NCBI GenBank assembly: GCA_003427395.1
Contig: BFEA01000015.1
Location: forward strand, 3,421,808-3,485,807
Source: Chara braunii
Taxonomy: Eukaryota; Plantae; Charophyceae
Length of the DNA stretch: 64,000 nucleotides
Direction: 5' to 3'
Of this stretch, positions 24,114 through 36,269 are shown piece after piece; position 1 is the stretch's first letter; each line of letters starts with the position of its first letter. The notes under the pieces are model-generated. The model did no database searches, was not told where the DNA came from, and saw only the letters and a list, made by a program, of their open reading frames with translations. The translations under genes and the position numbers were made by a program.

Positions 24114-24423
24114 GGAGAGTATTCCTGACCGCAGGCCGCAGAGAATCGAATCCCTGAGTTCTATTGGCCTGCTCTGCCCCGTGAACACTCTAACCGAGCA
24201 GACTAGGAACAGCCCCACTAGGAAGATCTTTTCTTTCTTTGTTTTTTTTGTTGTTGTAACAAGGAATATCTCCCGTTTTGTTATTTTTTAGGACAAAATA
24301 AATCTCCTGGGCGGAGGTCCCACTAGCAAAGAGGATCAGATCTGAACGCGCGATCCTGGACGTGTTCGTGGACAGGTGCAGGAAACCGAGATGGAACTAC
24401 TTTCTGCAACTCTTTGCTACCGT

Positions 24424-25000
24424 CTTCACCCGAATAGAACGCCCGGTCATTGCAGCTGTATTTCTCCCAGATTTCCGTCCAGATGCGGCGATAATGACCG
24501 GGCTTGTATCCAGCGGCCTAGCTCAGTTAGTAAGGCACGCAAGTGGCATTCAGGAGGCCTTGGGTTCAATCCCCATTGGCCTCATGTACCTTCCTGGGCA
24601 AGCTTGGCCCCCGCCACCTAGAGATATGCGGTTGGTCCCCCCAAGTGGCATTGAGCACAGACTGCTGATGTTCATAGAGGGAGGGGACCGGAGGGGAGGC
24701 ACAGTGACTGGCCCATCGGAGAAGCTCGGTCCTGATGCTACCGGCTGACCCCTGGCCGGTATCGCCCACCTGCTGTAGCAGGTATCGCACCTGCTGGCAG
24801 CTCCCACATGTTCCCTCGTTGGAGGCTTGAGCACGGATGTGGCTGCTACGGGGTTCCCCGTAATACTATAATGACAATAAAAATGGCCTGAAAGGCCGTC
24901 CTGTCCAGATTTGACAGGTAATTGATTTGGTTGGGCTTAAAGAATTTGCCTTTAAAAAAAAATAAAAAAAATAATGACCGGGCGTTCTATTGGGGTGAAG
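24424..25000. mobile_element. MITE b-related TIRs enclosing a SINE
   Basis: CTTCACCCGAATAGAACGCCCGGTCATT...AATGACCGGGCGTTCTATTGGGGTGAAG. Confidence 0.65.
24513..24880 (+). mobile_element. tRNA-derived SINE, copy 1
   Basis: A box TAGCTCAGTTAG, B box GGTTCAATCC; body shared with the 25088 and 25596 copies; tail GGCTGCTACGGGGTTCCCCGTAATACT. Confidence 0.85.
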
Positions 25001-25087
25001 AGGGTAGTGGGACCTCGCCCCTGTCGAATCTACCGGATGGCTCTGGGGACCCTTTTTTTTTTTTTTTTTCCCTTATATCATCATTTT

Positions 25088-25560
25088 CCGTAGCTCAATT
25101 GGTAAAGCACACAAGTGGCACCCGCGAGGTCATGCGTTCTACTCCCATCGCCCTCACCGACCTACCTGGGGGCAAGTCCCACTACCAGCGTTGAGCTACC
25201 TCAAAGCCTGAATCTGGATGCTTTTGCGGAGATGTGCAGGAATGGTGTTGAGTTTCCTGAACTGCACGTCTCCACAAACACGTCCAGATTCCCGCGTTGA
25301 GGTAGCTCAACGCTGCTAGTGGGACTTGGCCCCTGGGCATACTCGTTACCCACCATCTACGGTTGGGTAGCAGATACTGCTGATGCTTGTAGGGGGAGTG
25401 GACGGGAGTGGAGGTACAGTGACTGGCCCATTTGGTATGGTCCCTGACGCTACCTGGCCAGTATCACCCACCCGCAGAGTAGGTGTGGTCCCCGCATGTT
25501 CCCTCATTGGAGGCATGAAAATTGATGTGGCTGCTACGGGGTTCCCCGTAATACTGTAAG
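25088..25560 (+). mobile_element. tRNA-derived SINE, copy 2, carrying a 148-bp foldback insertion
   Basis: TAGCTCAATTGGTAAAGCACACAAGTGGCA head; same tail as copy 1. Confidence 0.8.
25177..25324. repeat. 148-bp foldback (hairpin) insertion
   Basis: 28-bp arms with 1 mismatch (TCCCACTACCAGCGTTGAGCTACCTCAA / TTGAGGTAGCTCAACGCTGCTAGTGGGA) plus inner complementary arms. Confidence 0.9.
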
Positions 25561-25595
25561 GAAGATCTTCACCAAATAGTTTTTGTGGCAAATGA

Positions 25596-25863
25596 AACTC
25601 AGTTGGTAAGGCACACAAGTGGCATTCAGGAGGTTGTGGGATTGATTCAGGAGGTCGTGGGTTCAATCCCCATTGGCCTCATGTACCTTCCTGGGCATGC
25701 TTGGAGCCCGCCACCTAGGACCACTGGATCCCCCGATCGGCATTGAGCAGAGTCTGCTGATGTTCGTAGGGGAGGGGACCACCACCTAAGGGGAGGCACA
25801 GGGATTGGTCCTGTTGGCATGGTCCCTGATGCTACCGGCTGTCCCCTATCCGGTATTGCCCAC
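25596..25863 (+). mobile_element. tRNA-derived SINE, copy 3 (5' part; tail-like sequence resumes at 34896-34960)
   Basis: CTCAGTTGGTAAGGCACACAAGTGGCATTCAGGAGG...GGTTCAATCCCC; homology stops at GGTATTGCCCAC. Confidence 0.8.
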
Positions 25864-26423
25864 ATGGAGGACATCATCCACCCGGCACAAACCGGTTTCA
25901 TGCATAATCTAAATATTCAAGAAAACATTCTTCTGATTAATGAGGTGATCAACCTGGCACACCAGTCTTCTCAGGGAATGAGTGGACGCAGGTGAATCCA
26001 TTGATTCCTCTTCGCCCGGCTAATGAATTCCCTAGCCTTTTCACGCTCCCTCAGAATGCATTGGTTCCATTATCATGGTATGGAAGAGACTCGGTAGCAG
26101 ATGAACAGGAGGAGGAAGTATAGTCAATATTCCCATCAACTCCTCCTAACTGTTGTAAGGTCTAGGTAGGATTGAAACATCTGGCACCATAGGGGAGGGT
26201 GAAGAGGTCCTCTACAACAGAACTCGTGATCAGAGACTATCGGGCATGTAGTTCTCAAAGGTATCCAAATTGTCAATGTGAGGGACGCTGGACCCGATTT
26301 CCAGCAGGTGCCGCTCCCCACCAATAGATGGAGCCGCTCAAAGAATGCTAGGATAGTCTGCTCTTATCAGCTATCCTAGCATTTACTCAGGGTGTTTGTT
26401 TAAAAAAAAAAAAAAAAAAAAAA
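25864..26423 (+). mobile_element. LINE RT fragment fused to a near-identical copy of the LINE 3' end at 31334-31782
   Basis: IIHPAQTGF...NIQENILLINE at 25864-25972; 25976-26423 matches 31334-31782 and ends in poly(A). Confidence 0.85.
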
Positions 26424-26817
26424 GCTTGTACAGAAGCACTTGGGAAGCTCCATCTGGCCTAGGGCCGGGTCCTACTCGTGTGCATTGTGTTCATCTGGCC
26501 GCCGATCTCTATAATCTACGCCCCGACATGAAAATATGTGCCAGTGGGACCCTGCCCCTGGAATTGCTCTCTAAAAAACAAAAATAAGGCTTTGATGTTC
26601 CATGTCGTATTTGTGGGTCCTGGTACAAGAAGTCAATTTGCACCGTAAGTCGCGCTGAAGCACGCTATACTTGTAGCGATGGGGATAAACCCCGCGGTCA
26701 ACCCAAGCAACTCAACAATTACCACCAACACCACTTCAATGATTCGTTCACCAGATATGTCCCGTATGCAGTTGCAGTGATCGTACACACAGAATCGAAT
26801 ACTCACACAAGGGGGGG

Positions 26818-26888
<71 letters not shown>

Positions 26889-27825
26889 NNNNNNNNNNNN
26901 NNNNNNNNNAAACATTGAAGAAAACATACTCTTGATTAATGAAAAAAAAAGTCTTGCACACCAGTCTAAGAGTAATGTTGCCCTCATTTTTATTGACTTT
27001 GAAAAACCTATAACCATGTGGAGTGGTTTTTCTTAGACAGATGCCTGGATCGCCTGAATTTCGGGAGTAACTTCCGACGATGGGTGCGCATCTTGCACGA
27101 GAACGCCACCACGAGCATTCAGATCAACGGGGTGCTAGCTCCGGCAATAAGGCTACAACGTTCTGTTAGATAAGGGGATCTCACTGCCCCCTTCTTATTC
27201 ATTACCATTATGGAAGCGCTAACAGTCAACCTCCACCAAAGCAAAGACCTTAAAAAAATTCAGATCTTCAGCATCACAGAAAGAATGCATTGGTAATAGT
27301 ATCTTGTGGTTCAACAACGGCCTAGCATTCCTAGGACGTAAGTGCAATGAATACTCCAGAGCCTTGGCAAAATCAAGAAATCAAAAAGAGAGGGAAACCC
27401 TTCAAAGACTCCAAAAACTCCAAGAAAAGGAAGAAAAAACGGACGATCTAAATACAGAGCAAATGGCAATGGAAATCCAATCACTAGAAGATCAATTAAT
27501 GAAATACATGGAATACAGATGGCAAGGGTTCAGAATACAGGGGAAACCAAGGAAACATCAAATGGAAGGTGATATGGATGCTCGCTTCTTTGCTATGGCC
27601 AAAGTAAGGTCAGGTAAAACCACTATAGAAGCCTTAATGAACCCCTTCAATAGTGATGAACCCTTAGCCATTTCCACAGCAGCCAGCATGAAAATAGCTA
27701 GAGATTTCTATAAAGATCTATTCACATCCAAAAATTCAGCTATTCCCCCAGAGCAAAAGGAAAAGGAAATAGAAGATTTTCTTATTCCCCTCAACAAATA
27801 AATATCAGAAGAACAAAAAGAACAT

Positions 27826-28707
27826 TTGGAGAGGTCAATTTCAAAAGATGAAATTTGGAAGGCACTAATTGTAATGGAAGAAGAGAAGACATCCGGAATT
27901 GACGGTCTTCCCAAAAAATTTTGGGAAGCCATGTGGGGTCCTCTTGCACAACACTTAATGGACTATTACCAAGCAGTATGGGAAGCAAGGGACATGGGGG
28001 AGATAGTAAATCAAGGATTCCTCACGCTTTTGTATAAGAAAGGTAATAAACTCAACGTTCGTAATTACCGCTCCATCACTCTACTTACAGTGGTCTATAA
28101 ATTAATAGCAAAAGTACGAGCAGATAGAATGCTCCAAGTCATTGTCGATATTATTCATCCAGCCCAAACAGGATTTATAAAAGGTAGAAACATACAATAC
28201 AATATCCTCCTCATAAATAAACTTATAAAAGTAGCACGCCAATCTAGACATAATGCGGCATTTATCTTCATTGATTTCGAAAAAGCTTATGACCATGTAA
28301 ATTGGCTCTTCCTAGACAAATGCCTAGCTAAGATGAACTTTGGGATTAACTTTAGAAGATGGATCACAATCTTGCATCAAAAAGCAACCACAAGTGTGAT
28401 GGTTAATGGTAGCTTAGCGCCTCCTTTTGAATTGACAAGATCGGTGAGACAAGGCGACCCTTTAGCACCCTTTTTTTTTATTATTATAATGGAAGCATTT
28501 GCAGCTAACCTAAAGAAAAATAAGGATATTAGAAAAATACGAGTGACATCCATCCCAGAAGAGGCAATCTCTATGTGTTTACGTTTCGCTGATGATTTAT
28601 CCTTGATGATAGAGGCATCACAGGAAAACATGAAGGCAATCCAGGATTTAATGGATAAGTTTTGTAGACTAGCAGACATGAAGGTCAATTGGGGAGAAAT
28701 AAAATAG
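27826..28707 (+). CDS. Non-LTR reverse transcriptase core (open segment of disrupted ORF2)
   Basis: RT motifs DFEKAYD, RQGDPL, FADD. Confidence 0.9.
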   Translation: MERSISKDEIWKALIVMEEEKTSGIDGLPKKFWEAMWGPLAQHLMDYYQAVWEARDMGEIVNQGFLTLLYKKGNKLNVRNYRSITLLTVVYKLIAKVRADRMLQVIVDIIHPAQTGFIKGRNIQYNILLINKLIKVARQSRHNAAFIFIDFEKAYDHVNWLFLDKCLAKMNFGINFRRWITILHQKATTSVMVNGSLAPPFELTRSVRQGDPLAPFFFIIIMEAFAANLKKNKDIRKIRVTSIPEEAISMCLRFADDLSLMIEASQENMKAIQDLMDKFCRLADMKVNWGEIK

Positions 28708-29388
28708 GGATGGTGGATTAACTACCAAGGAGCTAGACCTCCAGAATCACCACGGGTTAAGAGGCTTCCACATGATAGGCCTATAAGGGTCCTGAGAATT
28801 GCACTATCAGCCGAAGGGAAACCAATAACCAACGAGGATAATATTTTTCAAAGCGCCCAAACAAAATTAGAATCTGGAAGAACAAGCACACATCAATAAT
28901 GGGTAGAGCATTGGTGATTAATAACGTGGTCCTAGCCTTGATCTGGTATAAGTCCGCGATTTGGGCCTTAGATACTAAATAGTCTAAATCCCTCCAACAA
29001 CAACTTGCAACGTTTTTGTGGAGAGGTAATCATGATTATAAAAATGTCATTAACAGGGTAGCTTGGTCCTCAATCATTCAGTCAAAAACCAAGGGTGACT
29101 TAGGTATCATTGATCCAACACTCCAAGCGAAGACACTCTTTATCCAATGGATTAAAAGATTGTTACTCAATCCCCAAACCCCTTGAAATGGCTTGGCATG
29201 GGAACAACTAAGGAGACTTGCCCCACAGTCAGAGGAGTACGTAGACTTAGCCATGTGGCTGGAGAACAGAGACTGACCTATACCTAGAAGCTCATCCCAA
29301 GTTACAGACGCGGCTCATCTGTCTAATAGGGTTGCTCCAAGGATAGATATTGTCAAAGATTCCTTCTGGACAACCCTCCTCAAAACAT

Positions 29389-29910
29389 CAACAAAAAAAT
29401 TCCCATGAGAAATGAAAGTTGAAAAAACATTCCATAAAAAAAAAATCCTTCTTATTTATAAATTATCATTCCAATGTTTGTCCAATTCTAAAATTTTCAA
29501 TTTAATTTGATAAGTTCCCGTCTAAATATGAGCTTTCCCTTCCAACTACATTTATTTGTTCAAGATGGAATGAAAGTCTGGACGAATTAATGAAATGTTT
29601 TAATTAGACTTTCATTCTATTACAACAAATATCGTCTAATTTAGATTGGATTAACCTATTTATGACTGGAAATCCTTACTTAGATTGACAGTCCAATTAA
29701 AATATTTCATGAACTCATCCAGACTTTCATTCCATCTCTAGCATGCAGTTCAAATAAGAAGGGATACCTCATTCTTGGAAAGAAAGTTTTCAAGTAAGAC
29801 GAAAAATTTTAAAATTGAAATTATATTTTTTAAGATGGAATGAAAATTTAGAATTTAGAATGTAATTTTACTCTAGAATGATTATTTAATTCTGGGAATT
29901 TTTTTTGTTG
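29389..29910. mobile_element. AT-rich 522-bp MITE inserted in LINE ORF2
   Basis: TIR CAACAAAAAAATTCCC...GGGAATTTTTTTTGTTG, internal inverted repeats; removal restores LLKTWRKLP. Confidence 0.9.
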
Positions 29911-31782
29911 ATGGAGGAAATTACCCTTACCTGATGCACATTTCCCAGAACGATGGGAAAAGATAAATCGTCAACCTCATTTTAACAATACTTGGATACA
30001 GGATCACCATAGCACCACACTACATTGCAATGACAGCCCATGAAAGAGCTGGATCAGAAAAGGAGTGACCAGAATTAAAGATATCTGGGGTGAAACCAAC
30101 AGGGACTGGGTTTCTCATCAAATTCTTAAGGACAAACTAAAACACTGCCACCACGTGCAGAGAAACCTAGAGGATAGTGGATCTGATCCCCATTGAATGG
30201 ATCAGAGTACTCAGGAGGGGGAAGAGGCTCCATGAAAATGATTGGGTGGCAATAAACGGGAATCCTAGAGTGGTGGGCAATGTAATCCTCATATCAGCGG
30301 ATAAACAAGTCTTAGTTGAACTATATGAATTAAAAGAATATAACGTGTTCAACACCAAAACAGATAACCATCCGGTTTGGTTATCAATGGAAAGCATCTT
30401 CAGGATCAGAGTTCTCTCTCTGGACGCACAGTCATGGCTGGCTTTTCGACCCTCAACTGACATTGCAAATCTACCAATAGACCCCGAATGTTGGTCATGG
30501 GGAACAAAGAAAAACCTCAATAGAAGACACAACATACACCTGCATACTTTATCAGTCAAATCAACCTACCGTATGCTCGGACCAAGAATCAACCTGAAAG
30601 ATAAAGTAGAGGAGAGATGGATGAAACACTTGAATAAAGGAAAGAAAGAATTAAGGAATATTAAATAGTTCAAGAATGCCATGATCAAACCTTCTAAGAT
30701 ATCATCTCTCTAGTGGCAGATTGTACACAGGTGTCTCCCGACCAATGATTGATTGATTGATAGAACCTCACTTGAGAAAAGGGGAACAGCAGAGCCGTGG
30801 TGTAAACTCTGCCTATCGGCATTTCTAAGTAGAAAAATTCCAGAAACAATCGAGCACTTGTTCCTAGAATGTCCAGGCTCGATATGGCTTTGGAGGTGGT
30901 GGGATCGTATATGGGAACAACTAGAAACCACAGAAAAATGGCCCTGGGAATGGAGAGCAATTCTCCTAGCACATTGGGCACCCGAACCGAAAGATAATTT
31001 TTCTCACAACCTGTTCACCTTGGGAAGAAGCGCAGTCCTCTGGGCGATCTGGACAAGAAGGAACACCCTAGAATGGGAAAATATTAGATTGGATGGACCT
31101 GAGTTTAACGACAACATAAAACAGCAAATCCAAACAGAAATTCTCGACCAATGGATCACGATAAAAGAGAAAATCCAGTTCAACTCTTCCAAAGCTGAAA
31201 TCAAGAAAATTTTTCAAAAGTTCAGCAGTGACTGGCTGGGGGGGGAGAAGGGGGCAAAAATAGGACGGGTGGTTTGGGAGGATGAAGGGATGGAAGGGGA
31301 GCAGGTACTTATCAGGGACTACAAACTTCAGTTCAATGAGTGGACGCAGGTGGATCCATTGATTCCTCTTCACCGGACTAATGAATTCCCTAGCCTTTTC
31401 ACGCTCCCTCAGAATGCATTGGTTCCATTATCATTGTATGGAAGAGACTCAGTAGCAGATGGACAGGAGGAGGAAGTATAGTCAATATTCCCATCAACTC
31501 CTCCTAACTGTTGTAAGGTCTAGGTAGGATTGAAACATCTGGCGCTGTAGGGGAGGGTGAAGAGGTCCTCTACAACAGAACTCGTGATCAGAGAATATCG
31601 GGCATGCAGTTCTCAAAGATATCTAAATTGTCAATGTGAGGGACGCTGGACCCGATTTCCAGCAGGTGCCGCTCCCCACCAATAGATGGAGCCGCTCAGA
31701 GAATGCTAGGATAGTTTGCTCTTATCAACTATCCTAGCATTTACTTAGGGTATTTGTTAAAAAAAAAATAAAAAAAAAAAAA

Positions 31783-34700
31783 GAGGAAGCGGTCCCGATT
31801 TGCGCATTATTTGCGGACGACCTCACGATCTCGGTAGATGTCACATGGAGGAGATCCATAGGCTTATGGACCTTTTCTGTGCCCTTTCAGACATGGCTGT
31901 CAACTGGGGTCAGAAAACGGTAGGATAGTGGCTTCACCATCAAGGGGGCCGGCCACCGGAAGGACACCATGTCGCTTAGGCTGCCCTGGATTCCCCTATC
32001 TGGATCTTGGGTGTCAAAATGACAGCTTTAGGAAACCCCCCAGAGAATGATAGGTGGTTTTCTAGCCCTGCACTTGCTAAACTCTCCCAATGGAATAACC
32101 AGCATACGTCCCTTTTTGGACGTGCCCTGATTATTAATAACGTAGTTTTAGCCACACTATGGTATAAATCAGTCCTCTGGCCTTTGAGCTCAGACGCCAA
32201 AGAACACTGAAGAGGAAAGTGGCAACCTACCTATGGAGAGGAGACAACGAAAACCCCCATGCAATAAGTAGAGTGGCATGGGACTCAGTCACACAACCCA
32301 AGGCAAAAGGAGGACTGGGTATCCTGGACCCTCTTGGCCAGTCCCAAACCTTCAGTTTACAATGGGTGTTACGTTTGATCTTCAGTAACCCCTCAGTATG
32401 GAGGCCACTCGCACTAGAACAAATAGCCCATCTTGCCCCCGAAGCCCCTTCGATCGTCCACCCCCTCCAGTGGTTAGACGACTGCTATTGGAAGATCCCA
32501 CGACGTCCCCGAGGAATGGTAGGGCGGAGAGACGACCTCTGGCTCTACTGTTAAAGATTTGGAGGAAACTTCCCCCTCCTAATCGTCCGCCTCCAGACAG
32601 GTGGGAAGAGGTGGCAAAACAACCTCTCTTCAGGAACCGTCGGATCACCGACGAGAGGGGTCAGATTTTCTGCAGCTCCGATCCCCAATGGAAAGGATGG
32701 GTGAAGAATGGAGTGACAAAAGTTTGTGACCTTTGGGACAGGGAAAAGGGGGATTGAAATTGCCCGGTGAGATTGAGGGAGGACCTAAGATACTGTCACA
32801 ATGTGGAGACAACCCTTGAGGAATTATTGGAAGCCCTTCTGGTTGGATGGTGGCCTATTCTAAAGGCAAGGTACTGAAAGAAGGGGACTGGGTAACTAAG
32901 GAAGGGGGGGGAAATAAACTATGCCTTGCCCACATGACCCGATCGGAGGACGCATTGATTGAATGGTACAGAATAGAAAGGAATGGTAGACTGACAGCAA
33001 GAGGAGATCCCTTCCAATGGATTCAGAAGGATGAATTGCACAGAGTCAGGGTGCTGGAAGAAGGAGAGAACAAGAGGTTTTTTTTTCCTGAGTAAACTAT
33101 TGAGGCCCTCCATATGATTGATCCCTTGGAATGGGTTTGGAATCTCGATCCACACAACAGATTTAGCCAGACCAAACCTAAAACTTTGTCCGATCTAACA
33201 GTCAAAGCAACATATCACATGATCAGAGTTAATTGTTGTCTCAAAGACATAGTGATCGATCGATGGCAGAGGCATCTCAACATGGATAGGCATCTTCTCA
33301 CACCCATAAGATGGTTCGGAAATACTAAGTGTAGACCAACGAAAATCACATCACTGCAGTGGCAGATTATGCATAGATGCCTTCCCACCAACAATTGGTT
33401 GATCGATCACTCACAGCTTGAACAACAAGGTAAAACACTCCCATGGTGTGTTCGATGCCAGCAAGGCTTCCCGACCAAAAAGAGAGTTGAAACAATCAAA
33501 TATATATTTCTACAATGTCCTGTAGCGGTTCTTACCTGGAGGTGGTGGGATAGAATATGGCAGCAGATAGTCCCTGATCATCCATGGCCGTGGGATTGGC
33601 GCGCTATACTATTGGGGCATTATCCACCCTTCCAAAACAACATCTTTGTACGAAATATGTTCCACCTGGCCCGACGAACGATTTTGTGGATCCTATGGTG
33701 GCAGCGATGTGTGCTGGTTCTAGATCACGCTTGGGTAGAGGGGGAGGAAAGGTTGGAGCAACTCAAAGTGCACATCCAGCTCGAACTCTCACACAAATGG
33801 AAATTATTGAAGCAAACACTAGACAACCTCCACAGAGCCTCAGACATCCGACAACGACTTTTACAGTTTTCTAGGGAATAGCTGGGCGGGGACCCGGAGG
33901 GCTGGGTAACAGGAATAAGCTGGTCAGGGGCTTGGGTGGGTGATGGGGAGGGTGACGACGACCCCAGTGAGCAAGTACCGAGGGACTATCAATTAAAATT
34001 TAAAGACTGGTTATCTGTAGACCCCAGTATCCCCATGCGTTCAACAGAGGACTTTCCAGATCCGTTACCTCCCCACTCACAGGCTGTGGAAATATGTCTG
34101 TCGTCAATCAATAAGCGCTCCCCACTCTCTTTTACCCTCCTGTTCCCCTTTCGATAACACTCCCGGCCAAGCTGTCACCCCACCCTACTTAGCTCTGGTC
34201 ATTTGACAAAAACGTTATCTTTGTCTGTCTAGGCTCTGGTCATTTTGTTGCTACACTGCAACAATGACTCACTCCTACAGTTTTCCTGGGAGTGGTCGAG
34301 CGGGGAAAGAGAGGGATGGGTCCTCTTGGAAGGACGGGCAAGGGAACGGAAAGAAACACTGGTGGCCCCCAGTGGTTCCTCCCGGACCCCTGTCCTTACT
34401 CTAGGATGCAGAAGGAGATTGAGGACTACCAGGAGTTCAGAGGAACTAGTCCTTCAGCAGTAGTAAATCGACCTCGTACAGGGCGAAGTGGACCATCAGT
34501 CATTCAGGGGAAACCAGTCCTTCAGCAGCAGAAATTCGGCACCTGGTACAGGGCGAAGAGGTTTTCTCCCTGCAGCTCATTATCCTGTGCAGAAGATCTT
34601 TTGAAGATAGCGTTTCATCTCAGTCAATTTCCACCACAGCCTACTCAGTGGCAGGTCTGTTTTTGGTATTTTTCAATGCCCTGCTCAATCAATCCCCTGG

Positions 34701-34895
34701 AGCCCAGGTAATCAATGTTGGCAAGGGCCCTCTAATTTTTTTATGTTTACAGTCTGTATATGGCACGTTGGACCCGTTTTCTAGCTGGTGACGCTCCCCA
34801 CCAATAGATGGAGCCTCTCCCCAAGTGGTAGTGGTGTATGCTATTATCAGCGCCACTATCACCGGCAGGGGTGTTTTTTCTTTATAAAAAAAAAA
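31783..34895 (+). mobile_element. 5'-truncated L1/Tx1-type LINE directly after the previous poly(A)
   Basis: Begins EEAVPICALFADDL; GRALIINNVVLA, KGGLGI, WCVRC..ETIKYIFLQC; poly(A) 34886-34895. Confidence 0.92.
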
Positions 34896-35576
34896 GGAGG
34901 GAGCAGTCCCCGCATGTTCTCTCGTGAACACAGTTCTGGCTGCTATGGGGTTCTCCGTATGCGTACAATTAGGAGTAGTGGTAGGTGGGACCATCGGGGG
35001 AAATGAACTTAGCCATAGTAAGTACACGTAGGCGCACCGCTGCCAGGAGCGCTACGCCCTGCCGAATCGATGCGCGGGGTTGTGTGGTAGTGCGGACGAT
35101 GCTATGCTTTGCCAAACTGACGTGTCTGATAGTCTCCATCGCTTGCTACTTCGCCTCGTTCTTGGAGTCGTCATCAGCTGATGGGCGCTCGTGAGGGTGT
35201 TCTTCTCGACGATCCGCGAATAGGGTGAAATTTCGAAAAGGGCAATGAATTGGTTTTAGTGATAAGGTTTTCTCTCCTCTTTTCTTCAACAGCGTGGCAA
35301 ATGGATATGGATGGAGGCTTGAACCCCCTATGACGCCTTGCTAACAAGTTTGGTGAGGTCAAGCTACACCGTTTTTTTGTTTCCTTTTGGGAAACGGAAG
35401 ATGGTCGTCGTGGTTTTCGGTGCTAGCATTGCTCAGAGCCTAGGTGCTAGCAACGGCAGGTGGTTTTCCTTCCCCGAAGATGCTGGGGTAGGGTTTGAGG
35501 GGGCCGTGGTAAGTTGGGGATTGTTGAAGAAGAAGGGAGAGGGGCTATTTGTTGGATTGTTGCTTTACTGGATTAC

Positions 35577-35884
35577 TTCATCATCAGGATGCTGCTCGTC
35601 ATCACTATCATCATCATCAGGGTACTGCTAGTCATCATCATCAAGGAGTGGGTCTTCGCTTTTGTTCAGCACTAGTATCATCATCATTATCATCATCAGG
35701 GGTGCTGCTCGTCACTTATCGTGATATTACTATCATCACAGTTCACTGTCATAAGGGCATATAGGGCGCTGCTCACCCCTATCATCATCATCATGTCATC
35801 AACATCATCATCACTTGATTGTCTTCACAAGGCGCTGTGCAGTATCATTATCATCATCATTATCATCATCACCATCACCATCAC

Positions 35885-35916
<32 letters not shown>

Positions 35917-35938
35917 CCATCATCATCATCACGGACAC

Positions 35939-35973
<35 letters not shown>

Positions 35974-36175
35974 GTTTGTAAGCATAGGGGCGGGGTTGTT
36001 TGTGCTGCTCTTTAGTATGATCAGCATCATCATTCTGTCTTCATTCTCATCACTACCATCACGACCATCACCTTCATTAGTTTCTCATCATTAGATGTTT
36101 GCCCTTCAAGGTATTGTTTGCCGTTCACATCAGCAGGTGAGTTGGTTCTCACCATTATGGTCATCATCATCATCT
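35577..36175. repeat. (CAT)n/(CAC)n-rich microsatellite tract
   Basis: Direct inspection; pure run about 35844-35972. Confidence 0.95.
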
Positions 36176-36269
36176 TTAGGGTGTTGTTCGTCGTCATAAA
36201 AAAAAAATAAAAAAAATCTCATCTATCTTTTATTTTCAGGAATTTCCGATTCTTGATGCTTCTCGAATA

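Larger units (their letters stand above)
26911..31782 (+). mobile_element. L1/Tx1-type LINE (RT fragment 26911-27290, then 5'-truncated ORF2, 3'UTR and poly(A))
   Basis: SGIDGLP, NYRSITLLTVVYKL, FIDFEKAYD, VRQGDPLAP, FADD; WCKLC..ETIEHLFLEC; poly(A) 31759-31782. Confidence 0.95.

Noticed and set aside
24513-24590. Functional tRNA gene
   Set aside because: Poor anticodon and acceptor stems and a shared downstream body in three copies indicate a SINE head.
34987-35100. HDV-like ribozyme at the retroposon 5' end
   Set aside because: No P1 partner strand or nested pseudoknot could be built by eye.
35721-36094. Poly-His, poly-Ile and poly-Ser ORFs
   Set aside because: Translations of the (CAT)n microsatellite.
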